Below are positions 1-13,574 of a stretch of DNA of 64,000 bases, in pieces. Where the stretch lies: positions 3,038,001 through 3,102,000 of the forward strand of contig OZ210885.1 of the NCBI GenBank assembly GCA_964658305.1, in the 5' to 3' direction. A model generated the notes under the pieces. That model was not told where the DNA came from, searched no databases, and worked only from the letters and a program-made list of their open reading frames with translations. The number at the start of each line of letters is the position of its first letter. Position 1 is the stretch's first letter. Source of the stretch: Leptogorgia sarmentosa (taxonomy: Eukaryota). Position numbers and translations under genes: made by a program.

Positions 1-1893
1 CGCTGCTAATATATTATTTATCTCACATCGTCGCCGAAATCACGCAATGTTTTCGTTTAAAGGAAGACTTGCAACGGATGTTTCTAAAACGTTTTGCAAT
101 TGAATAATGAAATAATAGGAGGCTTTATTGTGTAATGCATTGTTACTGGATTGGCGGGAAATTGTTTTAAAGTGGAAACACGATGTCACAGGAAAAGCAG
201 TTACGTAGAGGCGACAGTTTGACAAAAATGAGTGCGCAGGAGTTTTATGAAAGTCTTCAGGACGAATGCAAAGAAGAGGCTGAAAAGTTAACAGAAGATT
301 TAAAAATGACGGCCGATGACTTATCACTTCGCCGTTCACCGCGCTCACAAAGACATAGCGAATTGTTTCGTAATGTTTCGTCGAAAATGGCTAACCACAT
401 GAAAACAGATTTGGAAAACAAAATTTATAAACAATTATGGGACGAAGCAAATGCTGCGGTGTTTCAAAATTTATCCTCGAGGTAGCTGAATGCAGAGAAC
501 TTAATTTGACTAACGACAGCTGAAAATAAAAGGCAAGAAATTATCAAATTATAAACACAAGCGACGACGGTTTTATATATATGGCCGGCACGTGTACAAT
601 TAAAGTTTATCTAATATTTATTTATTATAGCATGATTAACTCGAATTGGATTGTGGAGAGGTATTCCATTTTAAAAACTAATGGATCTATCATCTATTTT
701 AATCTACTTTAATCATTTTAAAAGAGATTTTGTAAATTTGTAGATATTCATGTGTAATAAATCTGTAAAAACAAGTTCTTAAATGCATAAATAATTTGTG
801 GTGTTTTCATCCAATTAAAATACAGGCATGGCGTAATGACACCTCGTAAATTTTCTACAAATTATATATATAAACCACAAAAATGTTAATCAGTTCAATC
901 ACATGTGGTTTAAACTCGGTCCTGAGACAATCACGAATTCTTGTAGCATGTGTGCATGTGAATGGATCACTTCTACACTTCAATCCAGTGCCGTAGCCAG
1001 AACGATTAGTAATCTCTTTTAAAATAAATTGTTTCTATGGTAGTAGCTATGTGAACACGAATGGCGTTGTTAAGATTAAACTGCAGTTTGAAATGCGACT
1101 GTCAGTGTGTGCCCACTTGATTACATCCGCCAGAGTGGATTTACTTACACTGTACACAAAATATGAAATTCCAGAGGCACAGAAATATCAAGTTCGTCAA
1201 ACTAAATATTTCATTGAATGCATAATTAATTTATGCAGGTTCATTTTTTTTTTGGGAAACCGGCTGTATACAGGTGCAGTAGTCTGGAATAATGTACCAA
1301 GTTTACCTTTTTTGCGAAGGTATCAAAGGGGCAAAGGGGCTAAAGGGGCCCTGCATAAAAATAAAACCGAAATATATATAGTAATCTAGTAATCCCAAAT
1401 ACCCTAACAGAGTGTTGATTTTGCCTTTTCAAGTTTCTTACATTTCAAAAAATTTCCGGGGGGAGAATGCCTCCCGACCCCTCTAACACTTTTTACCGCT
1501 ATCAAGAGCTCCAAAGTCAAATTTTGTCCCGGGTCCCCAAATTGCTCAGTGTGGCCCAGCTTTTGCGTTATTCGTTTACATGTTAATTCTATTTAAGGTC
1601 AAATCGTTTTGAATGATTCACGCAGCAGCTTAAAACTGGTTACCGTATCTAGGCCTACTTCTTGGTTGACAATCAAAATTAACACGTGCACAACAGCAGA
1701 GATCAGACACGGATACTTTTTTAATGCGTTGGGCATAGTTGTTACTTTCAAAATATAACAAGAATAGTGAAATAGCCGAGTTTTTTCGGTGTGATAGCTG
1801 AAATAAACTTCAAAGTGTGAACCAAGATGGCGCTTATTGGCAGATTGTTTAGACGTCGTGTGCAAACGAAGAATAATTTTGAGTCAATCAAAG

Positions 1894-2035
1894 TACAGTC
1901 GAACCTCCATTAAGCACCCACACTCTAATTAAACGGCCATAAGTCCCAAAAATATTTGTTATTAATTATTAAAGATAAGACCTCTATTAAACGGCCACCC
2001 CTATTAAACGGCCGGGGCCACCTTCGAGCCGTCCG
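1894..2035 (+). mobile_element. Fragment of Tc1/mariner-pogo-like MITE
   Basis: TA-CAGTCGAACCTC terminus with internal repeats ctattaaacggcc; the other end was not found. Confidence 0.4.
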
Positions 2036-2348
2036 AAACATTGTTTCTTTATTATTTCAAACAGTTTTATAATGCAACCGTGTTCAGTCAACAAAACGGA
2101 CTGGACATCTGCTGAAGTGAGTATTGATAGCAAAAAGCTTTTTTATATGAAAGCGGTATCGGATCAATTAAAGCATTTCAAGCTGGGACGTAGCTAAGGA
2201 CGTTTACAAAAGTTTTCAGGGTCTCTAGATCGCCAGAAATGACCATTTCGGAGTCCAAACTCAACCTTTTTGGTTGGCTTCTTTGGGTACACAAATGAAA
2301 GATGGTTGACTAAGGCACGGCTTTAAAAGTTCTTTTTTGAAATCCAGG

Positions 2349-2475
2349 ATTTTTCGAAGCTGAAGGTCCCTGTGACAGCAGACCCCGAAGCGGGGTTATT
2401 TGATCATCGGAATAATAATAGAGTCTATATTATCCTTCGGGGTCCGCCGTCACAGCGACGTTCAGCTTCGAAAAA
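2349..2475. repeat. Imperfect palindrome (~45-bp arms), probable non-autonomous element
   Basis: tttttcgaagctgaaggtccctgtgacagcagaccccgaag ... cttcggggtccgccgtcacagcgacgttcagcttcgaaaaa. Confidence 0.7.
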
Positions 2476-4059
2476 TAGAGACCAATGCCCAATTTGAACC
2501 ATTCCGTCAGTGTAATTTTAGATCTTTTAGAAACTTAAACTATTTACATTAAATTGTTTGCATTGAATTTTTTAATTTATCGGCTTCACTCAATTACTAT
2601 CTTTGCACATAAATTATGCAAGTTTGTAACGACAAGTGCTATGTGCGACATGTGCATGCTGTCTGAAAATTTTAATTCCAATCCTCTGAATGTCTCCGCC
2701 ATGGTTTTTACGTCGTTCTCGGACGATCTTCGTAGATATTTATAACTAAATTTCGTGTGTTTGGATTCTCTTTCCTTAATTGAATTGTACGTCATATTTG
2801 AAACGTTTCAAATTTAAAAAATTAAGGAAAAAAATCGGCAAATCTTGAAAAGTAAGTTGCTTTCCTGATAGTCAACGACTGTTCACAGCTTGTGTTGAGT
2901 GGAGCGTTTCTGTTAGTTTTTCGCTTGATAGATATGCATTTATACCCCATATATGGCCTGATGACGTTTGCTGACATGTGACACATCTTGGGTATAATTT
3001 GTTATTCTTCTGCTGCTAGTAGTCACTTTTGTTTCAAACCTTCAATTTTCCTCGGAATTTGGAGAAGATATTGTTGCAAAGAAAATCAATTAAGCGTAAA
3101 AGAAAGAGCTGGCACATCAATAAAGGTACCTCTAAAATATCATAGCAAGCGGCATTAATACTGCTTTTTTTCTGGTCAGCGTGATGTACCCAGCAGCATT
3201 CATGCATGCCTTCTCTCAATTCAGACCCCCTATTAAGTCCAGAATGCTTATTTCTTTGTATGTAACATATGTCGATCATAGGCAATCTTGAGCAATTTTA
3301 GGCGCATGTTGATGTTGAGTTTGGTCACAGTTAATATGATATCACATCTTACATAATGAACGAAGGGAGAGGAGTGGCAGAGCTAGAAAACAATTGCTGT
3401 CACACCACGATGATAAACGTTTCGACCCGCGTTCAATGTTCTGGCGGTTTGTGCTCTGCAACTTTTCCCAATCCTACTTTCGCTTTCATTATTTGAAATT
3501 TTATGTTTTGATTGATGCACTGTTATAGGGTTCGCTTATATTTGAGTAGTTAGGCTTGTGAATGCACGAAACCAGACAGGGCCAAAAACAGCCGATGCTC
3601 GATATTGGGCTTAAATTGGCATTGTGTAGGCGACGATGAGTGTAACATGGAAACTAAATCTAAATCAGATGCCATTGCTCACTGAAAATTCTTGTTGGAA
3701 ATAATCTTTTTTACTCAATTAACAGGCCACAATAGATATAGCTTATTGAATGATTTATATTATTGCAATTATGGTTTATGTTGCAATACGGCCTGGTATT
3801 TTACGAGTTTTGTAAGTATACGACACACAACTGTATTTCTGATAATTTAACATTTATTAGATTAGCTAACTTATATTTCGCTAAATTGTCGGGCAACGTG
3901 CGCTACAAACCGGTTTCAAACCAGTATATTAGAGTGCAATACGGCGAGTGCGATACGGCTGGGCATCTGCACTCTGTTTTGCTCTTATATGGTAAAATGA
4001 CGTCATTGTCGTATAATAAATGTATATATGTATATATGTATATAAATTATATTTTTTAG

Positions 4060-7000
4060 ATGTTTCTTTGCCTGGAGAGAAAAGACATCGTCCACATCAA
4101 ATATTCCACATTTATTGCAACAAGAATTTTTCTTCGTTCTGCAATTTTGCTGTATTTTGGTGCAACTTTCATCGAGGGAAACAAAGATATTCCATTTTGT
4201 CACAAGCTGTGGGCTGAGCTTGGGAAAGATATCAAAGACCACCGTGAACAATGTTTAGATGAAAATCCGCAGTTTGGTGCTCAATGTTGTCCAGAAGATG
4301 AAATCAGCAACTATTTCGAATCCAGAAGAATTTCCCACAGACAAATTTGTTTTTACGAAGGTATACAGGCTAGCTTTCTATTTTAGTTTGTTGTTGTTTT
4401 TGTCCTCCCGTGGTGTTTTTGGAACGTCAGGGACGTAGAAACCAGGGGGGCCGGGGGCAAAGGGGATTTCTACAGTCAAGACTCTGAAATGGCCATTTGC
4501 GGCGATCTAGAGACCCTAAATGTTCCAATATTTTCCCCTGGGTCCAAACTTGGTGGCGCCTTGTGAGGTGTACCGCCCCCCCCCATACAAACCCCCTCCC
4601 ACCAATGTTGAAAACCTTCCTAAATCCCGGATAAAAGATAAAAACATGAAATTTTATGTATTATTTCAGGTCCTTTTCCTGAGCCGTACTTGCTGGTGAA
4701 AAGTAAAACCAAGGTCGCAGTCGTTGATTTGACATCTGATTATTCGACACCCGTCATGGAGGGGCAGAACCAAAGTACCAAATTTTGTAGTTGGGAGATT
4801 GATCCCATGGAAAGAAAGATGTATTTTGAAAATTTTCGAAAAGTTTACAAATCGAATTTTGATGGATCGGACAAACAACTTGTTTCAAACGACACAGAAA
4901 ATTCGCATATTTCATTATTTGCGTTGGATTGGATCGGGAAACAATTGTTCTACGTAAAATCACATCCAAGAAATAGAATCATTAGAAGTACTCTAAAATT
5001 TAAGGTTGTCATAACGCATTTGATAAATGACAAGAATATATCAAGTTTGGCGGTGGATTCTAATGCTGGGTGAGTTTATTTGAGTTCATTACTCTCTGTT
5101 TTAATTCCATATCATGAGGGTCTTGAAGGGATAAAATGGGAACTGGGATTTGCTTATTTTAGGCTGGGAAATGGGACTTCATGCCCTGGGACTGGTATTA
5201 ATCAGCAAAAAAGACAATAGAAATTGGGAATGGGAGTTGAGCAGGGCAGCCACTGAGACGGTGGGATTTGAGCTCTGGAACTCTGCATGGGAATTAGTCC
5301 AAATTTTGGCTGGGAAATGGGAATAGAAACCCCCTCCCTTTAAGACCCTCTACCATCAGTACCATGGCGGTTTTTAGTGATCACTGACGGCATATTGGAC
5401 ATCAAAGCTGCGTGAAAAAAATTAGCTAATTCTAAGAAAAGTTGTTCAGATATAGAACTTCGTTTTGTCGCTATAGTATATACAGCGGATAACAACATAA
5501 ATGAGCGGCAAATGTTTAACTCAAATGTTCTACTCACATTGTGACACCCTAATTCTCGACAATGTATTGGCCTTCAGCTTGCTAGCTACCTGTCGATGTT
5601 ATAATATCAACCCATTCATAGATTTTATGCTGAAATACTTTTTGCGTTTATTAAAAAAACAGTTGGCTCTTTTATGGCAGCGAGTATTCCTTGTCACGAA
5701 TTAACTTTGGTGGAACAGAAAATCAGGAATTCAAAGTAAATATGAGTAATTTTTCGATCACAATTGACCTTGGAACAAAACGAGTTTATCTTGTTGGGGT
5801 TTGTATCCACGAAAATATCATTATGTCCATGGATTATGACGGTCGCAATAAACAAAGAGTGAAAGCTGGAGATAGGATCAACGCGATGGCTGTTTTTGGA
5901 GGCATACTGTACTGGCAAAAACACAACACAAATGTCGTAGATGTTATTAATGCAATGACTATGGAAGTAAATCGTACGATTAGTTTGCCAAAGCAATGGT
6001 CCATATTGAATGACCTCAGAGTAATCGACACATTGCACCAACGCCGCATCGGTAAGTTAAGAAAAAATACAAGTGTGTTTTACTCAATATTTCTATTATA
6101 TTTGGTGGTGAGCTTCGCGCATATTGCCGCTTTATGCCTTGTAGAAGCCAGCGAGTAGCAAAACATGTGAATTTTCGTTATAAAAATGTCTTCTGAGACG
6201 CGTTTTTAAATAATTTTTTTGCAGTATTTTCATGTTTGATCTTTGATTCTACTAAATGGCAAATTTCCTCCAGGAAGTTCCTCCATTTCGCTTTTATTCG
6301 CAAGGGACCTTTGACCGAAAAGGTGAATTTATTTTCTCCGATCTGAAACTTTGCAGGTGAATGTCCATCTACTCTGTGTGGTAAGAACGAATACTGCTGC
6401 AATATAAACTCTTCCTACTCCTGTAATTGTCACGTTGGCTTCTCACGCTACGGCCCTTCTTGTAAAGGTATCCTATTTTTTTCTTTCAATTTTATTATTA
6501 TTATTATTATTATTATTATGAGCTAAAAATACATGAAGAAGGCAATAGTGCCTTAATTGTCATGCATTTACAATAAGAGATAAAATTTTTGATAAAATTG
6601 CAATCTAAATATTTACAAAAATTTTTTTATTATATGGAAATAGACGAAAGTCAATTAACTAATTTCAATTTGCATGAAATTGGAGCAGTGTCTTTTTAAG
6701 GAATTTTCTCGGGGGGAGGGGGGAAGCAAGCATTTCGTTCGCATACTTTCCGAAAATCCTCAGTTTGTGAGGTTAAAATCGCTATAATAATTCATATATA
6801 AAAAATTGCCTTATCCCTTCCTGCCATATATAGGGGTATTAAAGAGAAAAATAAATCGGGCATTATTGCTTCATTAGACAATGAAATAGTCTAAGCGCCC
6901 GTTACTATACTCTGTGGTAAACTTTTTCTACGTCCTCAGACGTTTATAGCACGTCAATAAAATTCGCCACCTTTAATAAAGTTTCCAGCGACTCAGGGCG

Positions 7001-8056
7001 TAGGAACCGTGGGTGTCTGTGGTCGGGGCCGTGGCATGGCCGCGGATAAAGATATTAGATCATTGCCCACTTTAGGTATTCATGTGAATTCTATTTTTAA
7101 AAAAACGTAAAACGTAAATTTAAAAAGAGCTTAATTACCTCTTTTTCATTATGAAATTCTTCCCTAGTATGTTGTGGACCCCGTAATTCTGTTGGTGTCA
7201 TGCATGCTTTTGTCTCACATTATATATTTTACATATTTTTTAATGCATTTTTTCAGCCCCCAAAACAGACCTGATCTTTGTGCTCGATAGATCGGCCAGC
7301 ATACGAGGGTGGGATTACGACATGATGCGTAAATTTGTCAGCAAAATTGCTAAAGAATTGAGAGTTGGAGAAACGAATGACGATGGCAAGATTATTGGGC
7401 AGGTTGGCATAGTTACCTTCAGTGAACTAGGCGAGAAAAGAATAACATTAGCAGAAAGCCAAGATAAAAACAAATTTTATGATGTAGTTAATAAAATGCC
7501 TGGCCCGGGAGGGAGAACCAAAACACATCGAGGTTTAGCCATTGCTGACGAAGAGCTCGCTGTTAAAGAAGCAGGATATCGTGAAGACGATCCAGAAGTT
7601 AAGAAAGTTATCATGGTTATCACGGACGGAAAACAGACACGAGAATCAACAAGAAGGGGATATAAGTATGTTGGAGAAGCCGTGGAACCTTTCTTCCAAA
7701 GAAATATGGATGTTTTTGCAATTGGTGTTGGTTTGAGAAGTCAGGGGGCAATGCAAGAAGTTAGAGATATGGTAGAACTTCCAGAAAATGCCATCTTTCC
7801 TGGTAGTTATAGCGATCTGCTTTACAGAGTTGAAAGTATTTTCAAAAAATTCTCCCCAGGTAAGAAACGTAGAACTATCGCGTTATGAACATTACCACTA
7901 AACTTCTTGTTCTGCCACTTCATTAATCATGCCTTTCATAAAAAACCACTCGTCCACATTTTAGAAACCGACATATGCGAAAGACCTGGGAAAGTCGTTG
8001 ACAAGAAGAATTCAGTAGTTGATCCTGAGCAGGCAAATAAAAACGTTACGGGGTAA
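4060..8056 (+). CDS. Secreted YWTD beta-propeller + EGF + VWA domain protein (paralog A), ~631 aa, 6 coding exons
   Basis: Exons 4060-4360, 4670-5069, 5663-6051, 6357-6467, 7257-7859, 7965-8056, all GT-AG and phase-compatible (1896 nt). Hydrophobic signal-like stretch IFLRSAILLYFGATFIEG; degenerate YWTD blades (EIDPMERKMYF, ALDWIGKQLFY, LAVDSNAGWLFY, ITIDLGTKRVY, MAVFGGILYW); EGF CPSTLCGKNEYCCNINSSYSCNCHVGFSRYGPSC; VWA with DLIFVLDRSAS (MIDAS DxSxS), GGRTKT and VITDG. No transmembrane segment. The last exon is the least certain. Confidence 0.8.
5116..5350. mobile_element. MITE-like element with short TIRs and internal ctgggaaatggga repeats
   Basis: gagggtcttgaaggga ... tccctttaagaccctc; lies in intron 2 of gene A and is absent from the matching intron of gene B. 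Confidence 0.55.
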
Positions 8057-8312
8057 ATCCTAGTTTTCAGAGCCAAGCACATATACTTAATATGCGAACA
8101 TATCTTCAGTGTTATAATATATAGTTAATTAAAAGTTTTCAGCTCACAGCTGTTTGACCGAACTGCTTGATTTATAGCAACAATTTGAATTTATAGTTAG
8201 CCTTCGCTACTGCGATTTAAGGCGACTTAATTAGGAAATAGGAATGAGCCTGAAAGATGAACGTGCAATTGTTATTATTGAAATTTTCAGTTGAATTAGC
8301 CTAATCTCAATC

Positions 8313-8931
8313 TCATGGCCAGAAATGCGCGACAGTCAGCGGCTCGGACAACGGGCGCTTAATTGACAACAGAGCATGCGCAATACGATGAAGGACTTTC
8401 AATGGATAATTTAAATTGCAAATCCCCTGTTTTCTGTTTACGAGGCTTTGGACCTAAATTTTGTGCTAGAAATATGGACACGTTTGGGGCTAAAAGGAAC
8501 CCCTTTCTGTGAACTTTTAAACATTACAAATGGTTTAAACTGGTAGCGGAGCTTTCAAACTTTAAAATACGATGTTGGCAACATTGAAAACCTGAAGAGA
8601 AATCAGGGTAATTTTGCCACCAATTCGGGTATTACTGCATAAATTATGGATTTAATACAGCTTATATAAAGGCATAGTTGCTTCGATAATTATTTTATGC
8701 GGAACCAACTTCCCGAATCCTTTGTATTATATAATTTCGTACAGGTTCACGTTGGGTTGTTTTAATCATTTAGAGAAGTTGGCAAATAGATTTATGCTCA
8801 CAATATTAATGCTATTTGTGGAAAATGCATTTTACTGGTATAATCTACTGGTAATAAACGCCATTTTGAATAAATACCTATCAGGCTTTGCGCATGCTAA
8901 GTAGCTGACTGTCGTGCATTTCTGGCCATGA
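8313..8931. mobile_element. MITE-like element with 28-bp TIRs
   Basis: tcatggccagaaatgcgcgacagtcagc ... gctgactgtcgtgcatttctggccatga (one mismatch); no clear TSD. Confidence 0.65.
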
Positions 8932-9420
8932 TTTATTACACAAGACAGGCATGTATTGTGAAATCTGTCCATCTTTATTTAAAACATATTGAAAAGTATA
9001 TTATTTCTGCAGGGTGTCCCAAAATAAACGGAACCCACATAAATAACTATGTAGCTACGCGTACGCCCAAAATCGCTTTGTTGTATGATTGTATTTTGAA
9101 CATCTTTTGCTTTGACTTTTACTGTACTGTAGCTACACAAAAATATGAAAGTCCCACTCCCAGAAGCACAAAAATGTCCAGGTCGTTAAACTGTTGTTAA
9201 TAATCTCGATTAGATTAATGTGAATATTGATTTCAGGCGAATACCGTATTTAGGCCTGGTTTATACCTCGTGCTACATGAGCGCAAACGAACCAATTTCT
9301 CGGCATCATAGCACGCTTTATAAATCGAACTGGTTCGCTGCTCAAATTAGGTTCGCTTAGAACGCCATAATATGAATATGCACCCCAATTAATGTTCTAT
9401 GAATATGCACCACCAAAAAA

Positions 9421-9690
9421 CAGAACAGAACGGAACGAAACGAAACAGAAGAACGGAACAGAAGAACAGAACAGAACAGAACAGAACGGAACGGAACGGA
9501 ACGGTACGGAAGGGAACGGAACGGAACGGAACGGAACAGAACAGAACATAACATAACAGAACGGAACAGAACAGAACAGAACGGAACGGAACGGAACGGA
9601 ACGGAACGGAATAGAACGGAACGGAACGGAATAGAACGGAACGGAACGGAACGGAACGGAACGGAAGTTACGGAACGGAACAGAAAGGAA
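9421..9690. repeat. Pentanucleotide microsatellite (GAACG/GAACA)n
   Basis: About 270 bp of gaacg/gaaca/gaata units; explains the spurious SVPFR-repeat ORFs. Confidence 0.97.
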
Positions 9691-12148
9691 CACTGTCCAA
9701 GGGAACATATATTTTTTATCTCACATTTCGGAAAGTGGGTATCTTCTAATTGAAAGCATTTTGTCACTACGTTAGTTATCAGCAAAATAAATTGTTGATC
9801 GTCCCTTTTTACCAACGATCCGAGGTCTTCGAAACAAAATGTATTTCAAAAATAACGAATCTTCATGTGTAAACAAAAGAATACGTCCAACATAGGCAGG
9901 TGTTATTTTTGACATTGAATTTTTGCAACCATGAACACTGGAGTTGCTCAAAAGTTCTGAAGGGAGGACATTTTGCAAAGGCTATTTGTTCACAAACAGA
10001 AATAAGTTTACTAAGTTTCGTATCCGCAATAATTCCTTGAATTTTGTAAAACAAAAAATTTCGTACGTGCTATTGAGTGGGTACGGAATAGTTTAATTTG
10101 GTTCATAAGTAGAGTTCAAGTGTTATGTCAAAACAGTAGGTTACAGTCTTTAATTAAAAACTTACCAACACTTGGCGTAAAGCTCGCTATTGCATCAGTG
10201 TGCTTACACTTAAGCGTTCATGTCAAAGTATTGAATATTGGAACACAGCGTTCATTTTCTGCAAGAACATTCGCTCCGTAAAAGAAGGGCATTAAGGTAG
10301 GATTAGTTTCCTAATTTTCATAATAATCTTCTGACTTGAAACGATAGAAAAGAAAGATGTGTTAGTGGAACTTACATCGTATTTTATATTTTATTCATCT
10401 TAAATAATGATATATTCATCTGCGCTATATATATATGTGTGTCTGAGTGTAATAATTCTTGCGAGTGAACAACTTCAGTTGTCAGTGATGTGCGCTTTGA
10501 ATGGCAACTAAAGTACACTTTCGTCTTTGTCGGCTTATGTGGAAATGAAAACTTCGTTTTTAACTACTGCAAGTAGTTGATACCGCAAAATTGATAGCTA
10601 CCCTTTTCTCGACAGGGGTATCAATTTGCCGTGCGTAATACTAAAATATACAAAATTTGCAAACTTTATAGGGTCATATCTTGCACATTTTACAACATTT
10701 CGCATCCAAACTTTGCATTTCTACTAATTGTGGGATGCTCTTTAACCCTGTTGCTATGAATTGTACTATTTCGAACTTTTTGCGAATTTTGTCTATTAGG
10801 CAATCGGTCCATTAATTCAAGTCGCGTATTTCATATAAGTCGTTTTAATGTCTATTGTTTCGATAACACCTGAAATATAACTATCATTACAGTACCGAAA
10901 CAGCCTCATTACAATACTGTTCCAAATTCTCCAATTGAAATTAAACATTGTCATTTATTCACGTTACTTTTATTTTGATGCCTGAAATGAACATATAGGC
11001 AGATGTTATTTTTTACATTGAATTTCGTATTTCGTATCATTAATTTAATTTTCACTGAAGCACTAAAGTTCCTCAGAGGTTTTGACTGTGTCTGTTCCGA
11101 AAACAGGAGTTTCCAACCTTAGTATTCCTTTAGTCTAGCAAAACTGAAATTTCGTATGTATAGGTAAATGCAGTGAGTCATGAGTGCGGAAGAGTGGAAT
11201 TTGGTTATTGAGTACATTTTAAGCGTTTTGTCATAACAGTAGTTGGATTAGTCTTAATGTTTACCAGAACTTAGCAGAAAGCTCTCTTTTGCATCTTCAG
11301 CGGTCATATGATATCAAACAGTTGTGGTTGAATATTAATGAACACAATTTTGCACAAAACCCATCAATATCCTGAAGCTGCATGTGCATGTTTTCTAATT
11401 GTTTATTTGTCAGATATTGTCTGAATTGAAATGGTAATAAAGATCTATCTGTGGAACATACAGCGCATTTTTATATTTTATTCAGCTTGAGAATGCCTAT
11501 AATTTGCTATATATATACATGGCTATACGTATTATACTTTCGCCAGGCGGTCGCATACGAAAAAAGTCTTCCCACTTTCCATATTTTTTTGTCTTCATAC
11601 TCCATCATCCTACTCTCTTGCTAAGTGTGGTTGTACAATGTACATACTTTTCTAAAACGTAACGACAAGTGCTATGTGCAATATGTGCTGTCAGCATTTT
11701 AATTTCAATCATCTGAAAGTTGCAGCTATTCTTGGACAAACTTCGTAGATATTTATAACTGCGTGAATTTCGTATATTTGGATTCTCTGTCCTTAATCTA
11801 TTTGTACGTCATAATTATTTGAATTGTTATTTTAAATTTCAAAATTCAAGGGGGGAAAAATCGGCAAATTTTTAAAAACCAAGCTGGTTTCCTGATAGTC
11901 GACGACTGCAGCTGTATACAAATATTATGCACTAGCTATATATAGCGGATTATTTTTCTCGAAGAAACTTTTCTCTTTTGTCTAAGCTCAAGCAGATCCA
12001 ACTGGTTGCAGCTGCAAGCTCAAGGACGAAAGCCGGCTTTAGCTAGGTTAGGCAGTTGTTTAGTTGGGAACTTCAGTACTTAATTCACCTTCATGCCAAT
12101 TTGGATTTGCAAGTTGTCACGCAACATTCCAAATTTTGGTAACGAAAA

Positions 12149-12538
12149 ATCCCTGGGAAAATTGTTGCGGAAACATTTTGCTTCCTGTCAATGTTCCCCA
12201 ATTTGCCCGCCTCGGGAAAACATTGTTGCATGTCAGTGGAAACAAAATTTGCTTCCTGGGAAGCAAAAATGTTTTCCAATAAATTCAGAAACATTTTTGT
12301 TGCAGAAACAATATTTCCCAGTTTGCCCACATGTTTCCAGCACAATAGGCATGAGCAAGAAGAAATCCCGCGAAAAATGAGGCTACATCATGTTATTTAT
12401 TGTAAGCAATATTTTTGATCTGTTCACCCCAAATGTTTCCACGGCATTGTTTTGTAGTTTGCCCACACTGGGAAACACGGAAAAGCAATGGAAGGAAACA
12501 ATGTTTCTGCAACAATCCTGCATGGTTTTCCAGGGCTT
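12149..12538. mobile_element. Degenerate MITE with internal ggaaaca/tgtttcc repeats
   Basis: ccctgggaaaattgttgcggaaacatt ... aatgtttctgcaacaat...ttttccaggg, imperfect inverted termini. Confidence 0.5.
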
Positions 12539-13574
12539 AACTGATTACCAATATTCAAAAACTGCGGAACCGCGCCGCGCTATGACGATACTTTTACACT
12601 AATTGTCTTGGAGATATGTAATGATTTGAAACAAATATCTTTATTTGACGCGTTGCTTTAATAATTTCAATAATATGATTATATATACCATTGCGTTATA
12701 ATTTTCAGTAAGTGAATTTCCGTCTCAGAAAAACTAAAACTAAAACGATTTCATGTCAAAGCTTTGACATATGTATGACTGTTCCTGATACGAAGCGAAG
12801 CAGCAACTTTTGACATGAAGAAAAAACTCTAAATTTTATCTAATTGCGTTTATCCGTAAAACAGCTTAGTGCAGTCAAAGAATGTTTTTTAATATATTTT
12901 GGAGAGTAAAAATTATCTAAATCAATTCCATAGCTATATGTGTTACAACTTTTAACAAATTAGGCAAGTGTGCTGCTTGGTTCCGATTAAGCAGTCTTAC
13001 CTACCAAGATGTCTAGCCACAGAAAATATTCAGGAATGATCAATATTAACTTTGGGTCCTGGTATTGCATGAACGTTTGCTACTTTGTCGTACATATAGC
13101 TACTCATTGAGAGGAAATGGACGCGTGTAAGCTTAAAGTTAATCAATTTTATAAAAGTACCTCAGTCCTCGTTAATCGAAAATAAATTGTTATTCAAATT
13201 ATATTTGAATTTTCCTTTTTGTTTTTCGCATCACACTCATGAATCTTCAAGACATTATGTTATTTTTCGAATCGTACAATTGATCGTCAATAAATGGCAT
13301 AAATTATAGCTTCGTTTTATTGAAATTCAAATACGCACAATTGACATTTCAAGTTTTGTTATTGAAACTAGTATGTAGTAACGCACTATATTGAATATAC
13401 AAAACACATTATTCATTGATGTTTTTCGCTTAATAAAAGGCAAATGCTGTATTTTAAAGTTGCGATAATAAAATTACGTGGTGATAACTAGCTACAAATT
13501 TTAAAATAGCTAATAACATTTGGGATGTTTCAATGTTGCGTACTCAGTTGATGAATCATAATATATTTTTTTAG

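Noticed and set aside
3771..3811. Upstream ATG exon as coding exon 1 of gene A
   Set aside because: Splicing to 4060 gives a frame that stops within the exon; more likely 5' UTR or a uORF.
6468..7256. Donor GTATCCTAT resembling a U12 5' splice site
   Set aside because: Mismatch to RTATCCTTT, no convincing TCCTTAAC branch site near the acceptor, and the paralogous intron in gene B starts GTAATG.
9357..9815. ORFs with SVPFR/RSVLF repeats
   Set aside because: Translation artefacts of the (GAACG)n microsatellite.
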